A stretch of DNA of 24,170 bases from Promethearchaeia archaeon (GTDB taxonomy: Archaea; Asgardarchaeota; Lokiarchaeia; Sigyniarchaeales; SOKP01): NCBI GenBank assembly GCA_029856155.1, contig JAHQWL010000068.1, positions 1-24,170 of the forward strand. The letters run 5' to 3'. Positions 1 to 9,185 of this stretch are shown here, in pieces (within the stretch, counting starts at the first letter, position 1; the number at the start of each line of letters is the position of its first letter). The notes under the pieces were generated by a model. It saw nothing but the letters and a program-made list of their open reading frames with translations. It made no database searches and had not been told where the DNA came from. The position numbers and the translations under genes were made by a program.

Positions 1-221
1 AGCGGTAAATAATCTAATATTTAAAAATTATAAAAATAATATTTCAAAATATCAATTAAGTTATAAAAATAAATAGAATAAATTACAGTTCATTAGGATT
101 CAGACTTTAAAATCCTTTGATACTGTTTTATTTTAAGTAATTTTTAATAACAAATTCTATATAAGAAATTTCTATAATAATTAAATTAATAATTGAAATA
201 GATTCATATTAGTAATTAAAA

Positions 222-1412
222 ATGTTTGATATTAACAATATCAGAAATATTTGCGTGGTTGGAGCAGGGATAATGGGACATGGAATTGCTCAAGTTTCTC
301 TAATGGCCGGCTTTAATGTCACTTTAATTGATTTAAAAGAAGAACTCGTAGATAAAGGTTTGAAAAAAATTGAGGAAGGATTAGAAAAAATTAAAAATAA
401 GGGTAAGTTGGGAGAAATTCCCTCTATTGGTGATCTTTTAAGAAAGTGTACAAAATCAACCGATTTGGCTTCTGCTGTGAATGATGCTGATTTTGTGTTT
501 GAAGCAGTCGTTGAAAAAATAGAGATTAAAAAAAAAGTGTGTAACATAGTCATGCAAAATTCACCTTCTCACTGTATTTTTGCCTCAAATACCTCAACAT
601 TTAGAATAACTGAAATTGCTGAAGATTCAAAAAGACCAGAACAGGTCATTGGAATGCATTTTTTTCCACCAGTTCCTATTCAATGCTGTGTTGAGGTAAT
701 GAAAGGGGAAAAAACTTCGGATGACGTATTAGATATATGTGTAGCTCTTGGTGAGAAATTACCTTGTTTTAAAGGAAAAAGGCTTTCAGTAAGAATTGAA
801 AAGGAAAGTCCAGGATTTATAGCAAATAGATTACTAATTCCTTCACTTATATATTCAAACTGGATTTTTGACCAAGCATATGAAAAGAACATTCCATGGG
901 AACAGATTGATGCCGATGCAGGAGCAGGACAGTTAGTCTTAATGGGTCCATGTCAATTAAATGATTATCTTGGAATAGATGTTAGTTATAATAGTCTGAA
1001 GAGTTATGAAAAATATATTTCCCGTGATTTTGCTCCGGGTAAAGTGCTTACTAAACTCGTACTAGAAGGAAATTTTGGAAAAAAGACAGGAAAAGGCTTT
1101 TATGATTGGACAAAGGGGACACCAAAAGTAAATTTAAGTAAAAAAGCAGGCTTATTTAACCCTGAAATACATTTAGCAATCCAATTAAATGAAGGGTGTA
1201 AGCTTTTGGAAGAGAAAATCGTTTCTGGTTATAAAATTATTGATGATATTATGTTAAAAGGAACTAATATGCTTGGTCCATTTAGTGCCGGTAGACTTAA
1301 TTTCGAAAAGTGGTCTAAATTATTAGAAGATATTGCAGAAAAGTCGGGAAAGAATTATCTTAAACCCTGTAACCTTATGAAATCTGGTGATTTCGTTAAA
1401 ATGAGAAGGTAA
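222..1412 (+). CDS. 3-hydroxyacyl-CoA dehydrogenase (NAD-binding domain plus duplicated C-terminal domain)
   Basis: Rossmann VVGAGIMGHGIAQ, EAVVE, ASNTST, GMHFF with downstream VEV (catalytic His/Glu), PGFIANR, GKKTGKGFY; second C-terminal helical repeat (NEGCKLLEE...IDDIM...GPF). Confidence 0.93.
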   Translation: MFDINNIRNICVVGAGIMGHGIAQVSLMAGFNVTLIDLKEELVDKGLKKIEEGLEKIKNKGKLGEIPSIGDLLRKCTKSTDLASAVNDADFVFEAVVEKIEIKKKVCNIVMQNSPSHCIFASNTSTFRITEIAEDSKRPEQVIGMHFFPPVPIQCCVEVMKGEKTSDDVLDICVALGEKLPCFKGKRLSVRIEKESPGFIANRLLIPSLIYSNWIFDQAYEKNIPWEQIDADAGAGQLVLMGPCQLNDYLGIDVSYNSLKSYEKYISRDFAPGKVLTKLVLEGNFGKKTGKGFYDWTKGTPKVNLSKKAGLFNPEIHLAIQLNEGCKLLEEKIVSGYKIIDDIMLKGTNMLGPFSAGRLNFEKWSKLLEDIAEKSGKNYLKPCNLMKSGDFVKMRR

Positions 1413-1475
1413 CTTCCATGTGATTTATAAATATAATAAATATTTAATTTTCAAAAATAAAAATAAAAAAAAGGA

Positions 1476-2735
1476 TTATAATAATCCAGTATATCTCTGA
1501 ATTTGGGATTGAATTAAAAGAAGTTGGATGTTTCTTGATCCGCCAATTACTTCTTCAATTTTACTAATATCACATAATTCATCAACAGGGGTATTATCTG
1601 TGATCGATATGCCCCCCATATGTTGTTGAGCTTCATAACAGACTTCATGTGTAAGTTTAGCTAAATAATATTTACCTTGAGAAGAAATAGACGCCACCCA
1701 TTTTTCTGCCTCTTTAGAGGGCTTTTCTGCAAATAAGATTCTCTCATCGTATACAGTTGCGGCTTGTAGAGCGAGAGCAGTAGCAGCATTAGTCTTTGTT
1801 AATAAATCTGCTAATCCATATCCGACACCTTGATATCTGATCACAGGTTTGCCAAATTGTTTCCTTAAATTGGTATAAATAATACCATAAGCTAATCCCG
1901 CCCAGCAAATTCCTACGCCACTTCCCATTATTGAAAGTCTCTCAGGAACTAATCCTTCAAAAAGTCTTTTATATCCAAGTCCATCATCTGCAAGTACATA
2001 ATCTCGAGGTACTAAAACATTATCTAATATGGTATGTGCAATTTGGACTCGTGGTACTGAATTAATTTTTAATCGTTCGGTTCTTATTCCAAAATCACGG
2101 GCAATGATAGCTTGCACCATTGTGTCTCTTGGATTTGCTTCATCATAAACTCCATAACATGCAAAATAATCAGCAACCGCACCATTGGTGGTATAAACTT
2201 TCTCTCCGTTAAATATAACGCCCTCATCGGTTTTTGTACATTTAGTTGTCAGATTAACAGCATCAGAACCTCTCTCAGGTTCAGTAATACCTATACAGCC
2301 AATTTTTTGTCCAGATAAAAGCTCATCTTGCACTTTCAAAGGAATATCAGAAGCCCCTCCATGTTCATAATAATGAAAAGTAGGATTTCCGCATAATATT
2401 CCGGTTGCTAATCGTGCTAGTTCCAATTGAGGGTCTAACAACGAGAGATGAGCACCTAATAATATTTCTTTTTTCATTCCATAGGGTTTGAAGTCTTTCC
2501 ATGGATTTATTCGTTGTATATAACCATGCTTTCCAAGTTCTGGAAGTAACCCATAGACATCTTTTGATTTATCGATTTTTGGATGTAAATCTAAGCAAAA
2601 TTCTTGAAGTTTATTGCAATACTCTCGTTCTTCTTCATTTAGCATTGGAAAAACATTGTCATTAAAGATTTTGAAGACATTTTCCAATGACATCTTCTCG
2701 AGAATTTGATCATTAATAATTTTCTCTTGAAACAT
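1476..2735 (-). CDS. Acyl-CoA dehydrogenase
   Basis: GCIGITEPERGSDA, FNGEKVYTTNG, RKQFGKPV, QHMGGIS motifs; ERL glutamate in helix G and IGGS instead of YEGT (IVD/LCAD-like arrangement). Confidence 0.93.
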   Translation of the reverse strand: MFQEKIINDQILEKMSLENVFKIFNDNVFPMLNEEEREYCNKLQEFCLDLHPKIDKSKDVYGLLPELGKHGYIQRINPWKDFKPYGMKKEILLGAHLSLLDPQLELARLATGILCGNPTFHYYEHGGASDIPLKVQDELLSGQKIGCIGITEPERGSDAVNLTTKCTKTDEGVIFNGEKVYTTNGAVADYFACYGVYDEANPRDTMVQAIIARDFGIRTERLKINSVPRVQIAHTILDNVLVPRDYVLADDGLGYKRLFEGLVPERLSIMGSGVGICWAGLAYGIIYTNLRKQFGKPVIRYQGVGYGLADLLTKTNAATALALQAATVYDERILFAEKPSKEAEKWVASISSQGKYYLAKLTHEVCYEAQQHMGGISITDNTPVDELCDISKIEEVIGGSRNIQLLLIQSQIQRYTGLL

Positions 2736-2861
2736 TTTTTCGTCAATTTCATTTGTAATTTTTAAAATTTGAAAGTACTTATATTAATTAGTCTAAATTT
2801 TTTATTACAATTAAATCTTTGAGAATAAAAAGGAGTTAGAGAGAATTTAGCTTTAATTATT

Positions 2862-4622
2862 TTAAGAATAATTCTGCTTTACATAATTTTGAACTCTTTT
2901 AATTTCATCTAAATGAGTCTCTACCTTTCCAAAAATATAAAATCTAACCTCTGGACCGGTTCCACTTGGTCTGAAATATAGAGTTGAGTCATTACTCTTC
3001 AATTGATAAATATCAATCATGTTATTATTATCTGATAATGCTTGGACATCATATTCTTTCTCATCAATCAAAATCTTGTTGTTATGATTTTTTTCAAAAT
3101 TTTTCATAATTCTAACTTTTTCTTCATCAATGGCAGGTATTGTACGGTTTATCCCTTTTATTGACCAGTCAATTGATTCAGAAATGACATAACCTCTACA
3201 GATAAGTTCAGTTATTAAAACTAAAGCAGGAACCGGATACTTATCGGCAATAACAGTGAATTCAGTACTAAAATCATAATCACCAGTTTCTTTATTTTTG
3301 GAGACATCTAAAATATTAAGGGTATGACCTCCGCTTTCTTCCCAGTAAACCATTAAAAACGATTCCCTTTCTAGATTTTTATTTTCCATTAATTTTATTA
3401 ATTGGTGCCTAAGAGGGGTGGGGTTATTAATTTTAATTAAATTTTTATTCTCATCTTCAAAATATAAGAGTGCTGTATCGATCTTTGACTGATCAACCTT
3501 AATTCCAAGAAGAAAATACATAATCACACCTAGGTGTTTATATCCAACCCCAGTTAAAATATTTAAAAAACTAGAGTAGTCACCTCTTAAATCACTTGGA
3601 ATTGTTCTTACATTTATGATTTTTTTATTAAATTCCTTTGCTAATATATTATGCATCGCAGAATAGACTTCATTCGGTATATAAGTAAAATATTCTCCAT
3701 TCTGTTTAATATATAATACAATTCTATCTCTATCAGCATCTAATAATAATGCAATATTTGAGTTCACTTGAGTCATTATATTTTGTAGCTTTGATTCTTG
3801 TATATATTTTAATGGATTAGGAGGATTAAGTTCTTCTTCAACAACTGTAATATTTGCACCGTAATGCTTAAATAGATTTACAATTCCTCTAGCTTTACCC
3901 AAATAAGGCCAAATTACTATATTCTTACCTTTTATACTCTTTACTTCTATTACTTTTGACAACAGATTAATTACATAATCATTATTTTTTTGCTCTGCTT
4001 CAATTAGAATAGGTGTGAAATTTGATTTAAATTGAATTTCATTCACTTCAAGTGCTTTTTTTGAAATATCCTTAAAAAGATCTCCTGACATAGGAATAGG
4101 GTAATCTATATATAATTTTATACCGTTCCATGATAAATCATTGTGACTTGCGGTTAAGACAATAATTAGATTTATGTTTTCATATAATGCGATTGATGCA
4201 GCTCCATAGGGCGAAGAAATTTTTGATTCTCCTGGATTGTCTTTCTGATAATAAATCTCAAATCCATCATAAGCGAAAATTTCAGAACAATATTGTAGTA
4301 ATAGATCTTTAGTTGGTCGGTCATCCGTAAAAATTAAAATTTTTAAATTTTTATTGTTTTTCATTTCTTTAAATTTTTGACTAATAGCTTTGAACATTCT
4401 AAGAAATAGAAAGAGTTTTTTCTTGGTTAAGACATATTTTTCTTTCTCATCTGGTATTTTAATGTCAAGAATTTGAATTCGTAATCCTGATGTAGGAGCA
4501 ACAATTGGGTCAATTATATTCTTTTCTTCTTCTATTAATTCGGGTAATTTCAAAATTTTTATTCCTTCTTCTACCTGTCCAAATTTAATATCCTCTATTT
4601 CATAATCAATCAAATTAAACAC
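2862..4622 (-). CDS. Alpha-D-phosphohexomutase family protein (PGM/PMM/GlmM-like, divergent)
   Basis: TSGLR, TASHN (phosphoserine loop), DADRDR (metal loop), EESGG (sugar loop), RPSGTGP (phosphate loop); GTG start. Confidence 0.85.
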   Translation of the reverse strand: MFNLIDYEIEDIKFGQVEEGIKILKLPELIEEEKNIIDPIVAPTSGLRIQILDIKIPDEKEKYVLTKKKLFLFLRMFKAISQKFKEMKNNKNLKILIFTDDRPTKDLLLQYCSEIFAYDGFEIYYQKDNPGESKISSPYGAASIALYENINLIIVLTASHNDLSWNGIKLYIDYPIPMSGDLFKDISKKALEVNEIQFKSNFTPILIEAEQKNNDYVINLLSKVIEVKSIKGKNIVIWPYLGKARGIVNLFKHYGANITVVEEELNPPNPLKYIQESKLQNIMTQVNSNIALLLDADRDRIVLYIKQNGEYFTYIPNEVYSAMHNILAKEFNKKIINVRTIPSDLRGDYSSFLNILTGVGYKHLGVIMYFLLGIKVDQSKIDTALLYFEDENKNLIKINNPTPLRHQLIKLMENKNLERESFLMVYWEESGGHTLNILDVSKNKETGDYDFSTEFTVIADKYPVPALVLITELICRGYVISESIDWSIKGINRTIPAIDEEKVRIMKNFEKNHNNKILIDEKEYDVQALSDNNNMIDIYQLKSNDSTLYFRPSGTGPEVRFYIFGKVETHLDEIKRVQNYVKQNYS

Positions 4623-4665
4623 CCAAAATAGATTGAAATTATTTTTTTATTTTTATATTACAAAT

Positions 4666-5535
4666 TTATGAAATTTTTTTAATAGATTCTTTCAAAATTG
4701 CTAAAATTTTCTCTCGATACATAGGTTCAATAGCAATCATTCCATGAGTCTTTATAATACGGCTTTCGCTAGAGAGGATTTTTTCACAAAATTCTGGGGT
4801 AAGCCTATTTGGTAAATCTTGTTTGTTTGCAATTCCGATAACTAATTTATCTTGATAAAATTTATCTAATATATCATGGATTATTTCTTTTGAATTGTTA
4901 ATGTTTTCATATGTCGAATCTGTCACAAGTAATGTAATATCAGTTCCCTGTAAAAGACTTTTCCATAAAGATCTGAATTGAGCTTGCCCTGCAAAATCCC
5001 ATAGAGTTATTGATCTTTCAAATTCATCACCATCATAAGCAGCAATATCAGCTGTAATGGTAGGAACATATTCAAGGTCAACATTCTTTCCACAGATTAA
5101 TTTTGTTAATGTAGTCTTCCCAACGCCCCCAAATCCTATAATCGATACTTTAATAGCGCCTAAAATAATATTATCTAATTCATGTTCAAATTCAGTAAAA
5201 ATACTACGATTTCCTCCCCAACTGTCATTCTCAAGAATTTTCCCATACTTATCAATAAATTTTGTTCTTATACTCAATATCTTAGAATTCACAACCGAAT
5301 CATCGTCATCTAAATTTGTACATACTACAATGATGATTACGTCAATGATCGTATAATAATATTTGAAATCCTCCGTTTGTGTACTTTTAATATCACTTTG
5401 ACTGATTTCTTTCATAAAACCTGAAAAGGCACTTAAAAATCCCGCTAACAAATCTCTATCAACGTCAGAACTTCCATAATTCCTGAATAACAGTGATTTA
5501 CCGTCTCTTGTTAATATGTTTATATATTCAATCAT
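4666..5535 (-). CDS. Longin-like domain fused to an Arf-like small GTPase
   Basis: N-terminal ~125 aa has the Asgard longin pattern (INILTRDGKSLL...DLLAGFLSAFSGFMKEI...IIIVVC); C-terminal G1 GFGGVGKT, G2 YVPT, G3 WDFAGQ followed by FRSLW, G4 ANKQDLP. Confidence 0.85.
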   Translation of the reverse strand: MIEYINILTRDGKSLLFRNYGSSDVDRDLLAGFLSAFSGFMKEISQSDIKSTQTEDFKYYYTIIDVIIIVVCTNLDDDDSVVNSKILSIRTKFIDKYGKILENDSWGGNRSIFTEFEHELDNIILGAIKVSIIGFGGVGKTTLTKLICGKNVDLEYVPTITADIAAYDGDEFERSITLWDFAGQAQFRSLWKSLLQGTDITLLVTDSTYENINNSKEIIHDILDKFYQDKLVIGIANKQDLPNRLTPEFCEKILSSESRIIKTHGMIAIEPMYREKILAILKESIKKIS

Positions 5536-5810
5536 TATGAGGATAAATCTTATTTCACTATTACTGAATATTTACTATTAAAAATAAAATTAACATAAAT
5601 TTTTGGTTTTAAGAGGAACGAATGCAAAAAAATTTATATAGAGATTTTTAGAAAAAAGAAATTTATAATATTTTTTATTCTTAAGAAATTTTTTATAAGA
5701 GCATTATGATTAATTAAATAAGAATTTTATATGAAAAATAATTCTTGAAAGAATTAGCTCTTTCTAACTAGAGCAATCTCTTCATAATCATATTAAAAAG
5801 AGGAAAATCA

Positions 5811-6410
5811 ATGGAAGATAAAGATGATTTATTTAAAGAAAATACAGTCAAATCTATTAAAGAAGCAAATGAAAAAATTGAGAAATTTGCTTCAATTCTC
5901 GAAAAATTTGGACTTGATATTATAACTAAGATGGGACAAACAAATTTAAAAATCACTATGCTAACTGACAAAATCAACGAGTTGAGTAAAGCAACACTCG
6001 ATATTAAATCATTAGCGCCGCAATTAAAGAATGTTATTGAAAATCAAAAAATCTTAGAAGCAGAACTTGATTTAATTAGGTCTTTGATTCAAAGATCAGA
6101 GATATCACTACTCTCTAGAGACGCTAAAAGTGAAGAAGTAGAACGAGATGTATCTGCAACTGATAAAAAAGAGTCAATTATTGAAAAATTCAATATTCTA
6201 AAAAATGATATTGATGATATTGAGGATCCTGAAGTAGTGATTGAACAACTCGAGAATATTAAAGAAGATATATTTATCTTTAAAGGAGGACACAGAATTC
6301 TGTATGAAATTTCACAATTTGGAAAGATGTTAATAGGTCTCGAAGATATCTCCGATGATGTTAAAGTCTCACTAAAGGAAAAAATTGTATTTTGGATAAA
6401 TAAACTCTAA
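5811..6410 (+). CDS. Hypothetical helical/coiled-coil protein
   Basis: 199-aa ATG ORF preceded by AGAGGA; host-like codon usage; heptad-like E/K/L/I-rich N-terminal half; family not recognised. Confidence 0.75.
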   Translation: MEDKDDLFKENTVKSIKEANEKIEKFASILEKFGLDIITKMGQTNLKITMLTDKINELSKATLDIKSLAPQLKNVIENQKILEAELDLIRSLIQRSEISLLSRDAKSEEVERDVSATDKKESIIEKFNILKNDIDDIEDPEVVIEQLENIKEDIFIFKGGHRILYEISQFGKMLIGLEDISDDVKVSLKEKIVFWINKL

Positions 6411-6493
6411 CTTCTTATAAGTCAAAATTTAAGTATTTATTCTTAATAATCATTTCTACATTAACCATCTTTTAACATTTTATTAGCACTGTT

Positions 6494-6571
6494 AGAGAGA
6501 ATTAAGGAGAAGTAGTAGTATAAAAAAAGTAGATGAAATCAATGGAATAATAGCTTCTCTTTATTCTCTCT
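6494..6571. repeat. Imperfect ~18-bp inverted repeat (stem-loop) between convergent genes
   Basis: AGAGAGAATTAAGGAGAAG (6494-6512) pairs with CTTCTCTTTATTCTCTCT (6554-6571) with one bulge and one G-U pair. Confidence 0.5.
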
Positions 6572-6703
6572 TCTAAAAAGAGGTAATAGTGATCAAATTT
6601 GTTATTGAATTATTAGTTATTATCTATTTAAAGCCCTCGATTTATGAGATTAAAACAAAGATTAAATAATTATAGAAAAGTAAAATGTGAAAAAATATTC
6701 TTA

Positions 6704-7282
6704 TTATTCCTCTAATTTTGAACGTAAGGTAAGTTTAGCCATCTTTTCAAAAATTAATTTAACATTTTTTCCTGTTAATGCCGAAGTCTCGAAAAATGGT
6801 TCATCAATTTTTTCACTTAGATGCTCTGCCATGGGCAATATGATCTTTCGCTCTTCATTCAAATCTATTTTATTGCCAATCAAAAGTCGTGGAATTCCCG
6901 AAAGACCATATTTAACTGCGGTTGAAAACCAATTATTTATATTTGAGAAAGAGCTTGAGCGTGTTAAATCATAAACTAACATCATTCCATCAGCGCCGTT
7001 GAAATATGGCCGATGTAACATATAGAATTGAGGTTGACCAGCTATATCCCAAACCATTAGATTAATTTTTGTATCCTTACCCATGTCGTCCTTTATTGTG
7101 ACTGGTTCTTTCGTGATGTTAACACCTACGGTTGGTATATATTCATAATTGAATTTATCACCACAGAAATTTGTCAAAAGACTTGTTTTACCGACGGCAG
7201 GGTCCCCAATCACGATTATTTTAAAAATCATCTCAGTTCGTCCATGAAACACTAACTTTCCTTTTTCATTTTCCTCTGTCAT
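6704..7282 (-). CDS. Rab-like small GTPase
   Basis: FKIIVIGDPAVGKTSL, YIPTVGV, WDIAGQ, YFNGADG, GNKIDL, FFETSALTGKNV; all G motifs intact; no C-terminal Cys. ATG at 7282 preferred over TTG at 7294. Confidence 0.92.
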   Translation of the reverse strand: MTEENEKGKLVFHGRTEMIFKIIVIGDPAVGKTSLLTNFCGDKFNYEYIPTVGVNITKEPVTIKDDMGKDTKINLMVWDIAGQPQFYMLHRPYFNGADGMMLVYDLTRSSSFSNINNWFSTAVKYGLSGIPRLLIGNKIDLNEERKIILPMAEHLSEKIDEPFFETSALTGKNVKLIFEKMAKLTLRSKLEE

Positions 7283-7360
7283 GATTTTTCTCAAATATTT
7301 TTTTGAAATTTTTCAGTTTTTAATTAATTAATTAATGAGTTTCGAATATAAAAATTTTAA

Positions 7361-7711
7361 TCATTCTTTTCTAAGTTGAATTCGTTTTTTTATTTCAAAT
7401 CTTGAAGTTTTATTTTTTTCGCGAGAGATAAAAAAAATTTCACTCAAAAAAAATTTAATTTTTTTCCATCTATCCTCTAAATTCTTGATAATCTCTAGGA
7501 GATTATATTTACCCTTAATCTGACCAACACTTAAATGTGGTCTAAATCCCTTTTTAAATTTATTTACATCATTACAATCTGGTACTATTTTAAGAATTCT
7601 TGCTTGTAAATTTTGAATTATGTCAAATGGCTCTGATTTAAGCCATAATGTAAAGCTATGACGTCCATGGTTAAAATAATGAAAATTTTGAAGTGTGACT
7701 TCAAATGCCTT
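7361..7711 (-). pseudogene. 2H phosphoesterase (2'-5' RNA ligase-like), C-terminal half
   Basis: KAFEVTLQNFHYF...TLWL...GFRPHLSVGQ carries the second HxS/T motif; it joins in frame to the N-terminal half at 8911-9105 when 7712-8910 is removed. Confidence 0.8.
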
Positions 7712-8910
7712 TGGCTTGTCGGTAAATATCGGCGTTCCTTCACTAAGGACAACGGGTGCAACCACAAAATGCAGCTCGTAAAAAACAAAAGCAAAAATCA
7801 AAGAAATACTAAAATTCAAAGTCCAAATTTAGATCCTTAGCGAGCCACGGAACGCCCTAACGCCATAGTAAGAGGGCGCACTGTTGTGATACACAAAGAC
7901 ATTGCCGTAGCGGCGATCAGCAAAGAGGGCGCCGCCGAGTTTTCTAATATCAGAAGGTGTTTTCACCCAGCTCGACGTCTTCGTATCGAAATTTCCAAGT
8001 TTCTGCAACTCTCGATATTGTTCTTCCGTTAAAAGCTCAATGCCCATGGCAGCTGCCATATCAATAGCGTTATTTTCTGGTTTAAATGCTTTCCTTGCCT
8101 CCTGCCCTTCACGGTCGTAACAAACATTTCTGCGACCTTTAGGACTTTCCGCTGAACAATCATAAAAAATGTATTCGCCCGTCTTTTTATCATGACCAAC
8201 AACATCCGGTTCACCGCCAGTTCTTTCCATTTCATTGAGTGACCACAGTTTTTCAGTATTAGCTTCCAGCTTTGCTTGTACTTTAGCCCATTCAAGACCT
8301 TTATGGCGGTTCATGTTTTTCTCAAAACGGGCTTTCAACGCTCTGAGTAGTTCTTCACGTTGTTCTGGTGACAACTCTTTTTTGAGCTTGCGCATAATCA
8401 TAGTATTCATCCCGAGTTTATAAAATCATCTATGCAGGGTGACGTTTACTTTACAGCTCATATTCATTTAAAAGACTCCTTTTGATTTTTTTTTTTAAAT
8501 TCGAAGTTAATTTTAAAAACTTATGTAATTTTGTAACTTTAATACTTTCATTATCATTTTCAACAAGAAAGAAATTATGAGAATATTTCTGATCTTTAAT
8601 GTCGGTCTTAATTCATTTTTGAATAAGATATAGAGCTTATTTTATTATTAATCAAGCGACACTGAATCAATAAACGAAACAAAGTTATAAATTTGTCTGA
8701 TTTGAATTGGAAAAAGTTTCAAAAGGCTAAATATCATTTCTTTTGGAGGAATTTTATCATTTGAGAAGTATATAGATGGATGACTCAATTCGTTTCAAAA
8801 TAATCATTGATTTTTTTTATAACAATCGCTATAGAAGGGGCAAGGAATCCTAGAATGAAAGCAAAGGGGATCATTGCAGCTTTGCTCATTTTATCAGTGT
8901 CTGAATCACC
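7712..8910. mobile_element. ~1.2 kb insertion interrupting the 2H phosphoesterase gene (no transposase)
   Basis: Deleting 7712-8910 restores ...EVCKLI-KAFEVTL...; junctions show only a short inverted TTGG/CCAA; the left part is GC-rich relative to the host. Confidence 0.65.
7829..8410 (-). CDS. DUF4256 family protein (bacterial-like, probably horizontally acquired)
   Basis: Recognised sequence LKARFEKNMNRH...MERTGGEPDVVG...DCSAESPKGRR...FDTKTSSW...FVYHN...FRGSL; two hand-counted 60-nt lines are 53% and 43% GC. Several possible ATGs. Confidence 0.88.
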   Translation of the reverse strand: MNTMIMRKLKKELSPEQREELLRALKARFEKNMNRHKGLEWAKVQAKLEANTEKLWSLNEMERTGGEPDVVGHDKKTGEYIFYDCSAESPKGRRNVCYDREGQEARKAFKPENNAIDMAAAMGIELLTEEQYRELQKLGNFDTKTSSWVKTPSDIRKLGGALFADRRYGNVFVYHNSAPSYYGVRAFRGSLRI

Positions 8911-9105
8911 AATCAATTTGCATACCTCTGAAAATTTTTTTTCAAGTGTATTATAATCCGTTTCAGGTCTGAATGGATAGAGTAAAGTTATGTGAGGCAT
9001 CCATCTATAAATATTTCGATCATATACTTTACGAATTTCTTGAATTGGTTCCCAACTTTCTTGTGGAGGGATAATTACAACCGCAGAAGTATACACTTTT
9101 TTCAT
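8911..9105 (-). pseudogene. 2H phosphoesterase (2'-5' RNA ligase-like), N-terminal half; reads through into the insert to a stop at 8785
   Basis: TSAVVIIPP...IQEIRKVYDRNIYRWMPHITLLYPF carries the first HxT motif; similarity ends at EVCKLI. Confidence 0.8.
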
Positions 9106-9185
9106 CGTTCTTAAACAAAATATAAATTTAGTCTCATCTCATAAAATACTAAATTTTAATTTTCTTAAATTTTATTTTTTAACTA

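Noticed and set aside
290-892. Minus-strand ORFs 290..553 and 680..892
   Set aside because: Antisense shadows of the 3-hydroxyacyl-CoA dehydrogenase gene.
2112-6974. Short ORFs 2112..2318, 5057..5356, 5768..5977 and 6687..6974
   Set aside because: Antisense to well-supported genes; no motifs.
7658-8423. ORFs 7658..7840, 8029..8295 and 8235..8423
   Set aside because: Alternative-frame or antisense overlaps of DUF4256 and the 2H fragment.
7700-8920. Insertion as an archaeal bulge-helix-bulge intron or a classical IS
   Set aside because: The junctions can pair (UUGGU/GCCAA, CAAAU/AUUUG) but not in canonical BHB geometry, and the predicted cleavage would not restore the frame; no transposase, long TIRs or clear TSD.
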